Shown in pieces: positions 12,614-27,153 of a stretch of DNA of 64,000 nucleotides. The DNA comes from Saccostrea echinata (taxonomy: Eukaryota): positions 4,712,001 to 4,776,000 of the forward strand of contig NW_026889790.1 of the NCBI RefSeq assembly GCF_033153115.1. Reading direction: 5' to 3'. A model generated the notes under the pieces. The model was not told the DNA's origin, ran no database searches, and saw only the letters and a list, made by a program, of their open reading frames with translations. How positions within the stretch are numbered: the first letter of the stretch is position 1; each line of letters starts with the position of its first letter. The translations under genes were made by a program, and so were the position numbers.

Positions 12614-14919
12614 TTGTATATTATTTTCGTATTTTTTAATAAGAAAAGGGTTTGAGCTTTTTGATTGATTAATAGATACTGGACTTTCCATTATATTCGA
12701 TAAAAGATTATAAAAAAAGATTCCGAATTCTCATCAGATCACTAGAATCTACTAACGGCTGCCAGTTTAGCTGGTTAGCAGATGGGCGGGGTCACTGTTT
12801 ATTCCTGATTCTACCACTATGCAATTACTTCGTAGATAAAATTCAAACATTTACCACTTAGAAATATCACTTTCCCATTCACTTTTCATGTCCTTTAGTC
12901 TGGAACGTGCCTTTAAACAACACAGGCATAAAAAATCTACAAAAACCACAAAACTTTGCAACAGTAAGTAACAACGGGATAAGTACCAACGATTGCTAAA
13001 ATTGAAGTCAACTTGGTAATTATAACATTTCCGGAAAGTAAGACCCCCCCCCCCTCCCCAACAAACACACACACACACACACACACTTCACGGCAACATA
13101 GGCACCTGGATTTTCATCGAAAAGTAGCAAATAAAGCCCTAGATTAAGACATCACTACCACTCTGCATATACATTTATATATTTATGGAAGTGAGATTTT
13201 TTTTAATCTAGAGCTTTATCGCTTTATTGGCTATATAGTGTCTGTGGTCACTGTTAGATTGAGTCCATAAGGAATAAGCATGATAAGCTCAGTAGTGAGG
13301 TTCCTTTAATGATAAAATCACTTAAATGATCTTGCAGAATCTTGCATTAGTGAATAGATTATTCTTCTGTAATGATAAAATTTTATCATTATTGATAGAC
13401 CATCGTAAACATCAATATAAAACGTTCACTTACATTTTTTCATTAGAGGATAAAAATGTATATATGGGAAAAATATGCACGTGTACTCGCATCCACTAAT
13501 GATAAAAAAAGACTCGTGCATTAGCTGATGAATTTGAAATCCGTTAAAAATATGATTTAGGTTTTAGTATATTTGTAGTTGTTTGGGGTGGGGGATGTGG
13601 TTGGGACATGTGCCTGTCCTATATCTATTATTATTAGGGTTCTCAGTGTTGTTTTTGAAATGAATTGATGTAACTAGATTGCTCAAATGAGCAATTCTGA
13701 TCAAAATTTATCTGTCGTCGTTGGTGTTGTCTGTCCTCGTTGGTATTGTGGTCGTTGTATTGAACTTTTTCACATCTTCATTTCCAGAACAAATGGGTCA
13801 ATTTCAACCAAATTTGGCACAAAGTATATAGTATCATACTTGGGTGCAGGGAAGTTTGTTCCAATGAATTAAATGTCACGTCTCTTTCCAAGAAGATATA
13901 GTCAAGAAAAGGCAAATACATGTGTTTGGTGGAGTTATACAAACATTAAGAGCTTCATGATATACATGTGATGTAGATTCACCTTTATTCAATTTATGGC
14001 CTCCAGTGGTATAGGGTGCGGTCACAATAAGGGAATAAAGTGATACTTAATCATATTGAATTAAAACATTCCTATATCAAGTTGATTCAAGTTTATTCGA
14101 ATTATTGTCACTAGAGTTAGGGTGAGTTAAAACTGGAGATTTACATAAAACAGATATTCAGTGGAAAACTTTTTGGAAAAAAAATCTTGTCCAGAACTGC
14201 AAGGCCATATAAGTTACAATGACATTTAGAATCATTTTCCCCCATGTATTAGTGGATTCAAGTTTGATTAATCCACGACCCATTGAAGCTAGGATTGGGT
14301 CATATTGTTGGGTCTTTTTTTCATTATTTATAGAAAAGTAAGTATGACTAGGTACCTGAGATCCCTGTGTAATACACAGTAATCCTAGCTCCCAGTTTCT
14401 TGTTCTCTACCGCGGTATGTCCTGTGTTATTTGACAGCGCTATACCCTTATACATGTAGGAACATGTACCCGTCCTGAATTTGAAATCATGGTTGTATCC
14501 TGGCTGTTCACATGATAATAAGGAGAACGTGTTTAAAATGTTTTTGCTGGTAATTTTATTCTCTTCTCAATTGGGTGTGACTTAAATTGTGTTCGCTTCA
14601 CTAAATAAAGGAAAGTTAAGATTTTATTTATTTTCTGAAGCGAAGATATACATAAGTCACACCCAGGCTGGGGGAGCATAAATTTATCATTAAAAAATTG
14701 ACAAGTCAAGAAATACCTCGAGTGTACATATATAAGTCGCAAAGCAGTCTAAATTGATGTTACCCGAGAAGAGGGTTATTTTATCATATTTAGGCATATA
14801 TACATGTATGTGTAAAGTTTTATGGCAGATAAATATCGATGCAAATGAGTGACTTCATACAGGTGCTCGTTTCAGAAGTAGACAATTACAGAGACAGCCG
14901 AGCGTCTGGTAGATTATAC

Positions 14920-15366
14920 TAAACACGAAGATAACGAACAGTAATCAAGCTCAAAAGTTCATCAAAAAAATACAAATCGGGAGCAGAGCAAACACGGACC
15001 TCTAAAACATCAGAGATGGGATCAGGTGCCATGTAGGAGTATGCATCCCCTGTCGACCGGTCAAACCCGCCGTGTGCTCTTTGTCATGCTCGCAAAAACG
15101 GAAAAATCCGTGGACAATTCGAAGTGTAAATAATGGCCTATAACAATTAGTATGAAAAACGTCAGTCAGCATTCAACTCAATGGTAGACTGTATTTGCTG
15201 ACAAGGTCAGAAATTGCGAAATGATGACTTCAAACGAGACTGTTGATATTCTTGTTGAATCAACTTGTTTGTCAATAGATTGCCTCGTTTTAGAAATTGT
15301 TCATGCGTAGAGCCTTGCAAATCGAATCAACTGGGAGACATAAACCCCATAGCAGGTGATAAGGGT
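14920..15366 (-). mobile_element. Penelope-like retroelement 3' fragment
   Basis: Minus strand reads PLSP(A)YGVYVSQLIRFA (RT C-terminus, with a frameshift), followed by the same terminal repeat as at 49105 and 50240. Confidence 0.8.
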
Positions 15367-16071
15367 ATATATCACTCGACCAATTTCTAGATAAAGGGGT
15401 TTTACTGAAGAAAAAATATTAGGCTGTCTTTTGCCATTATCATCTCCTTAGGTGCGTGAAAAAATAGATAAGAATTAGATGTATGTCATATATTATTAAA
15501 ACATATTTGATTCAAAAATGAAATACATGTATTATACGTATGTTTTTTTTTTTTTTTTGGGGGGGGGGTATTTTTATGTCGCCTACAATATTACATCGTA
15601 TTAATGATTTAAAGATCGATTTCAACTCTAAGACTAAACTCTCTTAAAAATTTAACGTCCACAACGGTAATCCAGCAATGTTTTTGCATTTAAAGTATTA
15701 AAAAAAAGTTTTATTATTTTGGGGCGAAATGCCTGATACTGTTGATTAACATCTTAAATCAAACGTTTATTATATATATTGCCGAGAATTTCAACTTTTA
15801 TCGCTGAAAATAAACTTCCCTAACGACCCCCCCCCCCCAAAAAAAAATAATAATAACAGAATACATGCATGCATATTCGTGCCAGACTACAAAATCATGT
15901 TGTGCCCTTCTATACTCAAAATGTTATTAGTAATAATAATTTACTATTATCAACGAAAAATAGGTTTTAAAATCAGGTTATTTCAATAATAATGAGTCCT
16001 GTTTAAGCATAAACATTGCCTTAAAAGTTTACGATACTTGGTCTATGAGGCGCCGTTTTTTGTATTTATTG

Positions 16072-16345
16072 CCTATTCGAGTAGATGATATCACCTTATC
16101 AAACATGCAAGCGATATTACTCATTTGAATTGAATAGGTGATATCACCTCCGAGTAGGTGTTATCCCTTATTCGAATAGATGATTTACCTTTTGGAATTG
16201 GTGATATCGTCTTTTCGGAATAAAGAGGTGATATCACTTACTAGTATGTGAATTGGTGATACAACGTATTTCTTTTAAATTGCTGATATCACTTCATCGT
16301 TTTGAATGGGTGATAACACTTAATGGAATGAGTGATATCACCTAT
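16072..16345. repeat. Degenerate ~21-bp tandem repeat with palindromic core AGGTGATATCACCT
   Basis: About 12 copies of (g)gtgatatcac variants. Confidence 0.8.
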
Positions 16346-17514
16346 ATATATCTGCATTATTTAATGTAAAAACTATGAATGGTCCCTTCTTCAAGACAAT
16401 CAATCTTCAATGCAGAGTACAGGATAAAATTTGAAAAAAGCCATCAAAGAACAATTTTATTTTCTTAGCATTGATCAAGTGAACTGAAGATTCGCTGTAA
16501 CATCTCCTTTTTGCCCCGGGGGGGGGGGGGGGGGGGGCTGTTCATATGTTATACCATAGAACAACCAAATTTGACTTATGAAAAACTAGATTTCGATATT
16601 CTAGATACAATTTTTTTTATCTTCTTTAAATGCAGATACCACTAAATAATTATTATAATCATGTTTGCATTCCATTTGTATCTGAAGAAAACAGACTTTA
16701 AAAAGTGACTTGTCGTATCCCAAGCTCCCCTCCGGATAAAATCCTGGACCCGCCCATATTCATGATCAGTCTCTTGTAGTATGTAAACATATATTTGATT
16801 TTATGTTATTGTTTGTTGTTTTCATGACTATATGCCAATGTATGATGGTGTTGTCGATAAATAAATTGAATATATTAACATAAATAGTACGTGGGAAAAC
16901 GCCCTAATTCACACAAACAGCCAGATTTGACTCCTGTCTATGTATCCCTAGTAGAGGAGAGTATACACTGATAAAGGGAAAAAATTGTAATAGGATTAAT
17001 GAAATTCATGAATAGTAGATATGACCATTAAAATTAGAGATAGTGAATATCAAAATTAAGACCTCTAGAATATGCTTCAGCAGAAACATAAAAACATGTC
17101 TTTGGCTTGGCTTTATAGGTAAACCACCTTTTTTTCAAATTCCAATACGAAATTCAGCTTAAAGAAATGTAACAGGAAAGGAGAAAATGTATGGCTGGAC
17201 CGGGATTCGAACCCGGGACCCCTTCAGCAGAAACATAAAAGCATGTCTTTGGCTTGGCTTTAGGTCCCCCCCCCCTTCCCCCCCCCCCCCAAGTTCCAAT
17301 ACGAAATTCAGCTAAGAGAAATATGGGCTATGTTGTCAAAGAATGCATGAATAATATTATTATTTTTTAATCATTCAAGTTTAAGTGAATGAATTATTTA
17401 TCTATGGTAAAAAGAAAAACCCGATATTTTCTTAAAGCAATATGAGCTTTAAAATAAAATAAAATAAAATAAAGTATTAAGTTGTTTTAGAAGAAAGATT
17501 TTTTTACAAAAGAA

Positions 17515-19488
17515 TAGGGTAAGTCAGGGTAATTTCGACCACCGTTTAATTTCGACCACAGGAACTCAAAACCACACAAAGATCTACGGAAGTGTTGAGA
17601 CAAGTTTAATTTATTCGGAATTATAAAAAAAACTATTCCTCAAATTGTGTGTCGTAGTATAATTATTTATCGCAAATATGGCTTGATCAGAGATATAAAT
17701 AATATTTTTAACTATAATTTATGTCTCCAGTTTGACGTTCGAAGTTCCAGTCTTCAGTGCGCTTGATTTGATCAAGGAAATGCAAGAGAGACAACTCGTA
17801 CAACCTCTTTTTAAGTTTAACCTTGTTTAACAGTCTACAGCAAGAGTTAAATTAAAATTGTTTTATTTCTTCTTGGAATATCTTTAAGTTGCAGAATTTT
17901 ACAAATTTATCTTGGATTTCTCTCAAAATGCACAAGAAACGTCCATTTGATTTTGGTCGAAATTACCCCTAGTGATTTTAAGGACGCGGGGTAAATTCGA
18001 CCACTTATTCTGAAATATACGTGTAAGTTGTCTTCAACAGCTGTTTAATGCAATGCAGAGTTAGATCTTAAAAAAATAATTATACTGTATATGTATAATA
18101 TTATCTACACATAACCATTTATATTAAAAAAAATGTCAGATTATTTAATTAACATGTGCATGCCTAGCTATATTGTCCGGGCCGTTCACGAGGTTCTTTC
18201 ACGAGGGTGCATCACTGATCGAGATGCGAGAGAACACGGAGTCGGCACTGGCTTTGAATTAACACATGACGAGAGCAATCCTAAAGATTCCAAACCCATC
18301 AAATTCACAAAAGAGAGGGTGCAGGCAATATTAAATATATGTCCAAAAAAAAAAAATCAGGTTTTTGTAATTTTTTTCATTATTACGAATGCGTAAACTT
18401 TGACGAATAAGACTGAGGCTATCGAAAACGTATTAAGATTGTATCACACAGTCCAGGTAAAAAAATCCTAATAGTACCCAAAATATCAGAACAACACACC
18501 AAAAGAGCCGCAACAATCTTGAAACAAAAAAAAACTACTATGATGTTACACGAAATACTGAAATGATTTGTTTGCGTTTAGGTTTTTTTTTTTTGGGGGG
18601 GGGGGATCAGAGGACTTTGCTTCTGTAAATCTTTATTTAATTGACTTATCGAATTTCTCGGGATCTATCTCTCTTAAGAATTAACAAAACACGTAAAATA
18701 CGTATATTACATGTAACAACGCATTCCAAATGAATGTGTATATGGTAAAAATTAGTGAAGAAAAAATATACGCAATTCTAATGCTATATGCTCAAACCTT
18801 ATACATAGATATACAATCTGAATGATTCTGTTGTGAAAAGACGATATTAAATAAAATTCCTTTTGGGTTGGAGAATTTACAAATCATAACAAAGAAATTA
18901 TTTGTGGGATCTGAGAAAATTTTATCTATTTGCATAACTATATATCACAATTTTAAATTATAGAGTTGGCGAATTAAAAGCAGAATTTAGAATAAAGAAT
19001 AAGAATTTTGAAAGATGTCTATAAGTATAAGACAGCATTGAAAAGCTTATGTAACCCAACCCCTATCTTTACTGTATGGATATTAGTACTTATCCATTTT
19101 ACTCTGTTTATTGAGAGAGATAGAGATAGATACACATATTTTCTAAATAAGCAATATAGTTTCTTGGACCATAAATTTTGAATAAAATGCGACAGGTAAA
19201 GTTTACTTGCATTGCAAGAGTTATCTTTCTTTTTGATGTTGTTGTGGTCGAAATTACACCGAGGCCGGTCGAAATTAACCCATGCGACATGCTTACTTAT
19301 TTTTAAACCAATTCATTATTTTTTATGCATTTTTAACTCCTAAAGCAGAAAAATCTGAAGAAAAAAATCAATCTCAATTACTTTGAATCTTTTTTAACTA
19401 GATCTAGTACATTTGAAAACAGCCGTGTTTTGTGGATTGAAAGCCACAAATCAGCAAAAGTGGTCGAAATTACCCCACTCTACCCTAT
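17515..19488. mobile_element. ~2-kb non-autonomous TA-flanked DNA transposon (probably Tc1/mariner-pogo group)
   Basis: Termini tagggtaagtcagggtaatttcgaccac / gtggtcgaaattaccccactctacccta; the motif aatttcgacca(c) recurs in both orientations near 17531, 17548, 17955, 17995, 19245, 19267 and 19460. Confidence 0.8.
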
Positions 19489-19849
19489 ATAGTTTAAATA
19501 AGAAATCAATATTGTACAGAACGACAATAATGTAATTTTGCTTCAATCAAAGCTTAATAATAATTATAGTTCTTCCACCGCAAATGTTTATAAATGTTCT
19601 TTTTGTCTGTCATTGAAATAGTTAATTACATTATTGCAATAAAAAATTCTGATATCAAAGTTGCAGCTCATATTGCTTTAAGAGAGAAATAATTTTGTAT
19701 ATATGAATCTGTCTTCCTCCTGGGTACGGCAGGCTAAAATTCAACCTCTCAACTAAGTACGAGTTATCACGTGCCTTTTTCGATTTCGACCTTCCGGTCT
19801 TCTTTTCGAGAACCGCTGAGGTAGCGGTTGAATTAATTAAAAGAGCAAA

Positions 19850-22800
19850 ATGGATCCGCAAACGTTCCTGGATATCGCCACAAAGGTGACGAAGTTAAAG
19901 ATGTACCCCTATTTCGACATTGCTCACTACACGCTCATGTGCATGGCAGCTCGGGACGACGCACCTGCGAACGCCGCGGGTAAGTTGACCCAATCCCATA
20001 TAAGGATATTTTATTGCCCGATGTCCGATTTGAATTTCCGCGGTCTCGAATCTTATTTAGGAATAAGTATTTTTAGTAGAATTATTTTATGCCAACTAGA
20101 ATCTTTATCCATTATTTCGAATTCATTGCTCTTGGTGAACAAGAATAGGGCTTTGTTTATTTTGCATTGTACACATGTTGTAAGAAATAATTTGAAAAGG
20201 ATGCGGTTGCTATTTTTTTCATATTGGATTTAATAGCGTTTTGAATTGTGTACATTTGCTGGGAGTATAATTTTTCTTATTTTTCAGACAAAATGTTGAC
20301 CAGATGTAACAACATTCCTTGAATAGATCTAATACATGTGCTTTACATTATTATGTCAATCTGCTTGCAGAAGAATTCTGATTACACTAGGTGTGAAGAG
20401 TTACGATAACATTTATTATTAGTAATTTGTGAGGAACACAAGAAAAACACTTTGCTAATCACATGGTTTTTTTTTTACATTTTGTCATTTGAAGAAAGGT
20501 AGTAGTAAATTATTTCCCCTTTGGCAAATCCATGATTGATCATGTTGAATAACCAGATGAATATCATTCATATATCAAGAATTCTAGCTTCATACAAATG
20601 ACCAATAATTAATAAGTGATAGTGTGATACTGTCAGGATTGGCCAGGAATTACCAATGTTGAATGACGGTATTTCCTGGTAAATACTACAAATATTCTCT
20701 AAACTGGGAAATATTTGGAAATACAAAGTTTTTTATTTCTTTACTTCAATCTTATGCAAATTTCAGAAATAAAATAAACATAAAAACAGAAGATGAATAA
20801 TATTGAATGTGTCTGTAACTGCAATTTAACATATTCAGAGTGCATCACTACTCCAGCTCCCCTAACCATAAGCATTATGTAGCAGTACATGTTTCCCTGG
20901 CTGTATATTAAGAACAAAACTAAATATTATGACTATGTATTGTATATATGAATGTATTTAAAATTAATGACCTAGCAGATGTGTCTGTATAATTGTAGGG
21001 GGTACAGCTTTTTCCAGAAAGCACCCACTGTCTTGCTGGGTCTCCTCCATGCTGCTGTGTTTTGCTGGGAGTCTGATAGCAAACTTCTTACTGGGAGAGC
21101 CTATTATAACACCATTCAAAGATCACAATTCACTGCTGACTGCCTCTGTTGTTTGGTAAGTCCTTTTGTTAAGAAATTCACACAAGGCTTAGCATTTTTT
21201 TCTGTTTTGTTGTCAGTCATGCAAGCATTTGTTTCAGATCTTGAAATTTATCTTTCATCATTGCAGAGATGAGTTTAAATTGATTGAAGATTTAATTCTC
21301 TTGTTATTTGTCTTCCTACAGGTACTTGATGTTTTATTCACCATTTGACATTGTATACAAGGCTGTAAAATTCCTACCATGTAAATTGGCAGTGGCGGGG
21401 CTGAAGGAAGTGCAGCGAGCTCACAAAGTGTATCATGGGGTGGTTTATACAGCAAAGGTGTATCCTAACTCTGTTGTCATCATTCTTCTCATAGGAACAA
21501 TTAAAGGTAGGAACAGTTAAAGGTAGGAACAATTAAAGGTGAGAAAAAATAAAGGTAGGGACAATTAAAGGTAGGATCAATTAAAGGTAGGAACAATTAA
21601 AAGTAGGGACAATTAAAGGTGAGAACAAATAAAGGTAAGAACAATTAAAGGTAGGGACAATTAAAGGTAGGAACAATCAAAGGTAGGGGCAATTAAAGTT
21701 AGGAACAATTAAAGGTAGGAAGTTAGGAACAATTAAAGATAGGAAGTTAGGAACAATTAAAGGTAGGAAAATTAAAGGCAGGAACGATTAAAGGTGGGAG
21801 CAATTAAAGGTAGGGACAATCAAAGGTAAAATATCTGACAAAGACACTGAATGACCATCCCAACCAAGCCAACGTGATTATCACAAATATTACTCGCTGT
21901 TAAAAAAATAATGAGTTACAAAATGTAGGATTAAGGAAGGATATTTCTTTAAATTAAACAGAGATTTCCACAGATTGTCAGAGAACTCTCTAATTTCTGT
22001 GAAGTTTCAGTTTGTCTTATTTAATAAATGCAGTGAATAAAAGTACATTCTGCTACATTTAGCTTAAACAAAGAGTGATAATGTTCAGTGAGATCAAACA
22101 GGTGCATGGTTTTACCAGTATATATAAAAATATACAATAATCCAAACTGCTTAAAATTTTAAATTCTATCCTCCTCTGTCATGAGTTATGTCCTTTTACA
22201 GGAGCAGGCAGTGGACTGATGAAGACGTTTGAGAGACTGGTCAGAGGTTTGTGGATTCCTGGAACAAATGAAGTACTGCAGCCTTCATTGTAAGTCCGTT
22301 TCTGTTTTTCAGGTCCATAAAATGTTTTGTGCATCATTATTCAGGGAAAAAATACACAATTTATTCTAGATTTTGAAATTCTGTATATATTTCAAAATAC
22401 ATGTAATAATGAATGTCAGTTGTCGAAGCCAAATATCATGATTATTGGTATTGAAGAAGTATTATATCAGATTTTGATCTGTTTATATGTTCTTTCTTTT
22501 GTTGTCCTGGTGCATTCTAATAGTGTTTTGACAGATTATTAGCGGAACATTTAATCAACATCCTATTCAAATGAGTTTTATCCATATTTTCCTTATTGTA
22601 AGTTATCCATATTTTTCCTTATTTTAAGTTATGACCTTGACCTATATTTTCAGTGTTACAAAGGCTTGTTTTCTGGCATCTCTTGTGTTCCTGATGGAGA
22701 AGATGAACTACATCACAGCCCCGCATGCCCTGGTGTATTTCGGTGTAGTTATTTTCTTTGTGTACTTTAAACTCTCTGCCCTACTTCTTGGCATCCATGA

Positions 22801-22951
22801 CCCGTTTGCTCCATTTGAAAACTTATTCTGCGCAATATTCATGGGAGGAATGTGGGATGCCATGAGACGAGCAGTTGCCACAGAAACCAAGAAAGAAGAA
22901 AAAGACTCGGACATTCCAGTGAAGAGTCGTGAAGACAAAAAGAATGACTGA
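19850..22951 (+). CDS. TMEM38B: Trimeric intracellular cation channel (TRIC/TMEM38 family), about 285 aa
   Basis: Exons 19850-19979, 20999-21155, 21322-21506, 22202-22289, 22654-22951. Motifs MYPYFDIAHY, FSRKHPLSCWVSSML, FLLGEP, WYLMFYSPFD, KEVQRAHKVYHGV, KGAGSG, DPFAPFENL. The A versus B paralogue label is nominal in an invertebrate. Confidence 0.95.
21491..21828 (+). repeat. 16-bp repeat of the TRIC exon-3 donor ACAATTAAAG|GTAGGA, about 20 copies
   Basis: The array starts inside exon 3 (codons IGTIK-G) and continues as gtaggaacaattaaag units. Confidence 0.95.
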
Positions 22952-24721
22952 ACAAAGAAAGGATACATGAAATTTGGTGTTGTGAAATATAGGACATCTC
23001 CCTTCCCCAGATCTCCTAGGCTTCTGAATATATTTATCCAAGAGTTTGTGTAGATGTATTATCTTCATCCATTGTGACAGGAATTATGTATGTACAGAAA
23101 CTTACAAGGGGTGTGGCCTCACCTCAGAGGTTTTTAAATAATGGGGTCAGGGATTAGAGAGAAATTCAATAGTTGGGATTTCTTCTTTCCTCAGGGGGTT
23201 AGGGTTATACTGACAAGTATTAGGGGACTTTAGAAGGATATACCCTTCTGGAGACACGCTGCATGGCAATAACACTGTCATATAGACCGAGTAGGACTTC
23301 GTTACACTTAAATAACAAGACTAGAACAAGAAATGTAATTGGAAGTGTCACTTGTTGCAGAAATTTGGGAATTTTTTGCTAGTTCTAAGATGTGTTAAAA
23401 TCTATATGTGTCTCAGAAAAGGAAATTGTGGGTTTAGAGTACATGTGTAGAACCTATCAAAGAGTCTCAGTGAAGTAATACACTGCATTATTTGATTTCA
23501 GAAAGATTGCAGTGCATGTAATTTCAAACATGTATAAGAGATGTTGAGATTATTGACCTTTTTAGAGATTGTGGTTTTTATTAAGGAAGGAAACAGTGAG
23601 TGAGTTGTTTTGGGAAGTGGTTTGAGTTTTACATTAATAAGTAGATTTATCTATAATATTCGGAAGGCAGACGTGTAAAATGTCCCTGATTTTCTTGTCA
23701 GATACAGAGTACATATGTCCCTGTGAATTCCTGTTTTGTAGAACAATTGATGATGGATCTGTTGTTTTATGTTTAGTTCTTGTTCAAGGACATGGATAAT
23801 CAGTATATTTTTACTTAGTGTAATATTTCATGTATTACAGAACACAGCATTAACATGTATACAGCCGACATACTCTGGTGGCAAAATATTTTTGTACCAC
23901 TCTTATGTGATGCCCACCATTTTAAATGTAATATTTATTTTTATTAAAATTAATGAAATGCTAGTCTTTGATTGTAAGTAGTGCAATATACTCTACACAT
24001 AGTTGTTGTATTGAAATCATTGATTATAATTATTTAAGGAACAATAGCATAGTATAAGAATTTTCATGAATGGTTGCATTTTTCACCTCTGCATGACGGA
24101 TCAAATGTGTTTCATTGTTCATTGTGTCTGTGTGCTATAAATTGATTCTGGAGAGTTTGAAATAAACTTCCTTTTGATGTATTTTGTTTTTTTTTTTATT
24201 ACTTACCAGGTATAGTAAAGCTAATTTGCATAATGAAGTTTGCATGTTTTTTTGGAAGCTTATGAATATTAAGGTCAGATGAAGGTTATACACTGCCTTT
24301 CTGATAAAATGAGATACCAGTATTCAGTATTGTGTTTTCTTCTGCCCAAGTACAAGGGTCATTCCACAAGTTCCAAACTTGCTTGGATTTTTGACCTCCT
24401 AGTATAATGTATACTAGGGGTAAAAAATTCAAACAAGTTTGGTGCCTGTTAACTCTCCATCATTTTATTTTTAAGAAATTTAAGATTATCATATTTAAAA
24501 TTTATTTTGTTGTGTGCAGTTTCATTTTATTTTATCAAATGGAACTCATTTTATTTTAAAATCAACAGGTTTTGTCACCACGGAGCACCATAACATCAAA
24601 AACATAGCATGACAGTTTCTGAAAAAATACACCTCACACAGCATTGACGTCTTTCCGACTATACAATTTTTTAAAACTTATTACCGGTAGTAGTTTGCCA
24701 ACAGTTATTCAAGTATCAAGA

Positions 24722-24932
24722 TACTGTAAACCAACTATTATTTGCGTCATCTTTTATTCGTGATTCGTCAGTTTGAAATCAATCCGCGACGATTAATTTT
24801 CGCGACTGTGGAAATATTCTCTATGAAAACAAAGCTAAATAAATGGTTCGCGGCGATTAATATTCGCGAGTTAAAGTAGATCGCGAAACTTGTGGAAATT
24901 TCTCGCACACGAATAAAAGTTGGTTTACAGTA
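24722..24932. mobile_element. TA-flanked MITE
   Basis: tactgtaaaccaact / agttggtttacagta TIRs; internal CGCGA-rich repeats. Confidence 0.85.
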
Positions 24933-25259
24933 ATTTGTCAATGTTTTTCATTTTTTTTAAACTGCATAACTCTATATTCACTAGTTCTATATTGTCAATA
25001 CGGGGTCCCCAAGACTAGGAAAATTTCTGTGCCATTTATACACACAAGTGGCTGTATTCAAAAAATTTGTTACATGGTAAAATTAGAGTAATTCATATTT
25101 TATTTTGGAGTGAATTTAAATTTTTTCATGTTTTATATTGAATTTTAAGGTAGATAATAAAAAGATTTGGTGATAATATAAAATAAGTCTGGCTTGAGAT
25201 GAAAACTTATACTAATAGTAAATACATGTATGTGTTTTAACAATAACAAAATCTGTAGA

Positions 25260-25298
<39 letters not shown>

Positions 25299-26527
25299 TT
25301 CTATAACATATTATTTTAAGTAATCTATTTTCTTAATAAATCAAAGGTTGTAAAGTAGACCATTGAAAAAGCATTACTTTCTTTAAAGTGTGGAAACCAT
25401 AGAAAAATAGTTATTCAAACTACAGTTGTGCTGTAGAGATACTGTGGTTTGAGGCTTATTGTGATAAATTCATTTAGTTGTTGTTTATATAAATCGGCTC
25501 ATGTCAACAAAATACATTTTTAATGTGTACACAGATTTTAAATTTGATGGGATTATTTTGTTCAGACAGTAAACCTATAGTCCTCCAGGGAAGCTGCTGA
25601 AAAATAAATTCCAACTTGGTACCTTATTCAGGAGGCATATGGTGCTACTAACAGGGGAGACATTAAATAAGAATTATAAATCCAATTATTTAATAAATTC
25701 CACACATATTTTAAAATTTCTAATCAATTTTCAAATTAATGCACATTGGCTAGAGAAAGAATTCAACTGTCTTAATGTTTATATATACATGTATACTCGG
25801 AATCTCCTGAGTACAGCTGTTCACTGTGGTCTTGGTTCTGCTGTTACAGTCTCCAAGGAAAACCACCCAGTAAAATTTGGCATTGTGTTATTCATTGGCA
25901 CATGGAATAGATACATGTTAACTCATTATTGTCACAGATTATACATGTATATGTAAGTATTACAATGACAGAGATACCCATGAGTGAAGCCCCCGATATC
26001 AATGGGAATCATTTCTCCTTTCTGAGGACATTGATTCTGGGTCTTGATATATCCTCTCATCATTATCTACCTCTTTGTCACTTAATGAACAGGTAATGTT
26101 TCACATTCACATCCCTGTAACTTGGACCATATCCAACTGACCTTGCTTCAGTTTGCTGAGAAATAGTTTAATCTTTGTCTCAACAGTGGGACCCCCCCCC
26201 CCCCCCCATCCCGACCCACTTGGTCACTGATGTCATAATCTAGGGCAGATTCAATTTCCCAATAATTCAATACATTTTAGAATAAATTGAGGAAGTACTT
26301 TAGAGTGGAATTAACCCTATCCTTTCCCTGTAAAATAGGTCATCCAGAACATTGTTAGTCATACAAAATGCAATGTTTATTATGATCACTTAGGAATTTA
26401 AGGTCTCTTGGCCATCATAAGCTAATCACTGATTCAGAGATCTTTTTAACATGCAGCATCCAAGCTATCTTTTTTGCTCATTTTTCATACAAAAAAGGAA
26501 GAAAAAAAACACTGCTCATTTTCATAT

Positions 26528-27120
26528 TTAATGGGACAGATGCTGTCTCATTCTGACATAGTTTTGAGGTATTCTTTTAGTTTCTTTCACTTGTTCAGAG
26601 CTCCCCAAGTTGCTCTTGTTATTTTCCTGAACCCATGCATCTGATATATGTTTACTTTGGTGTGAGAGAGAATCACATGTTTTGTTTGATTTTTGGGGAT
26701 GATCAAAGGTTTCATCCACCTGATCTGATGAATCACTGATTCCTGTTATGTTGTGAGATGAAGCACAGATTGCAGTCAGTTTATGGGGTGGATCACAGAT
26801 TTCATTGATGGTACTTTTCTCTTTATGAGGTGGATCACAGATTTCAGTGACGGTACAGTTCTCTTTATGGGGTGGATCACAGATTTCAGTGACAGTACAG
26901 CCGTCTTCCTTTGTGGACTGTTCTGCCTGTGTTACTCGCTGATGGTCCAGGAGTGATTTGGCCCACAGAAGATCCTCCTTCCAAAGTTCCTCATCATCAG
27001 GGAACAAACGAATGGCCCGAGAAAAACTTTTAACAGCCTGAAACCCAAATAACTGAGAAAAGCATTTCTCAAGTGGCATATCTGTGAAAAACAATTTTAG
27101 CAACCAAATTTCATCCTGAC

Positions 27121-27153
<33 letters not shown>

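Noticed and set aside
12851-12890. Possible first coding exon of POMGNT1 (MKSEWESDISK|gtaaat)
   Set aside because: It ends in phase 2, whereas the TM exon starts in phase 0, and no bridging exon could be identified with confidence.
17175-17225. tRNA gene
   Set aside because: Only a B-box/T-arm fragment (GGTTCGAATCCC on the minus strand) between ~146-bp-spaced direct repeats; no cloverleaf, likely a SINE remnant.
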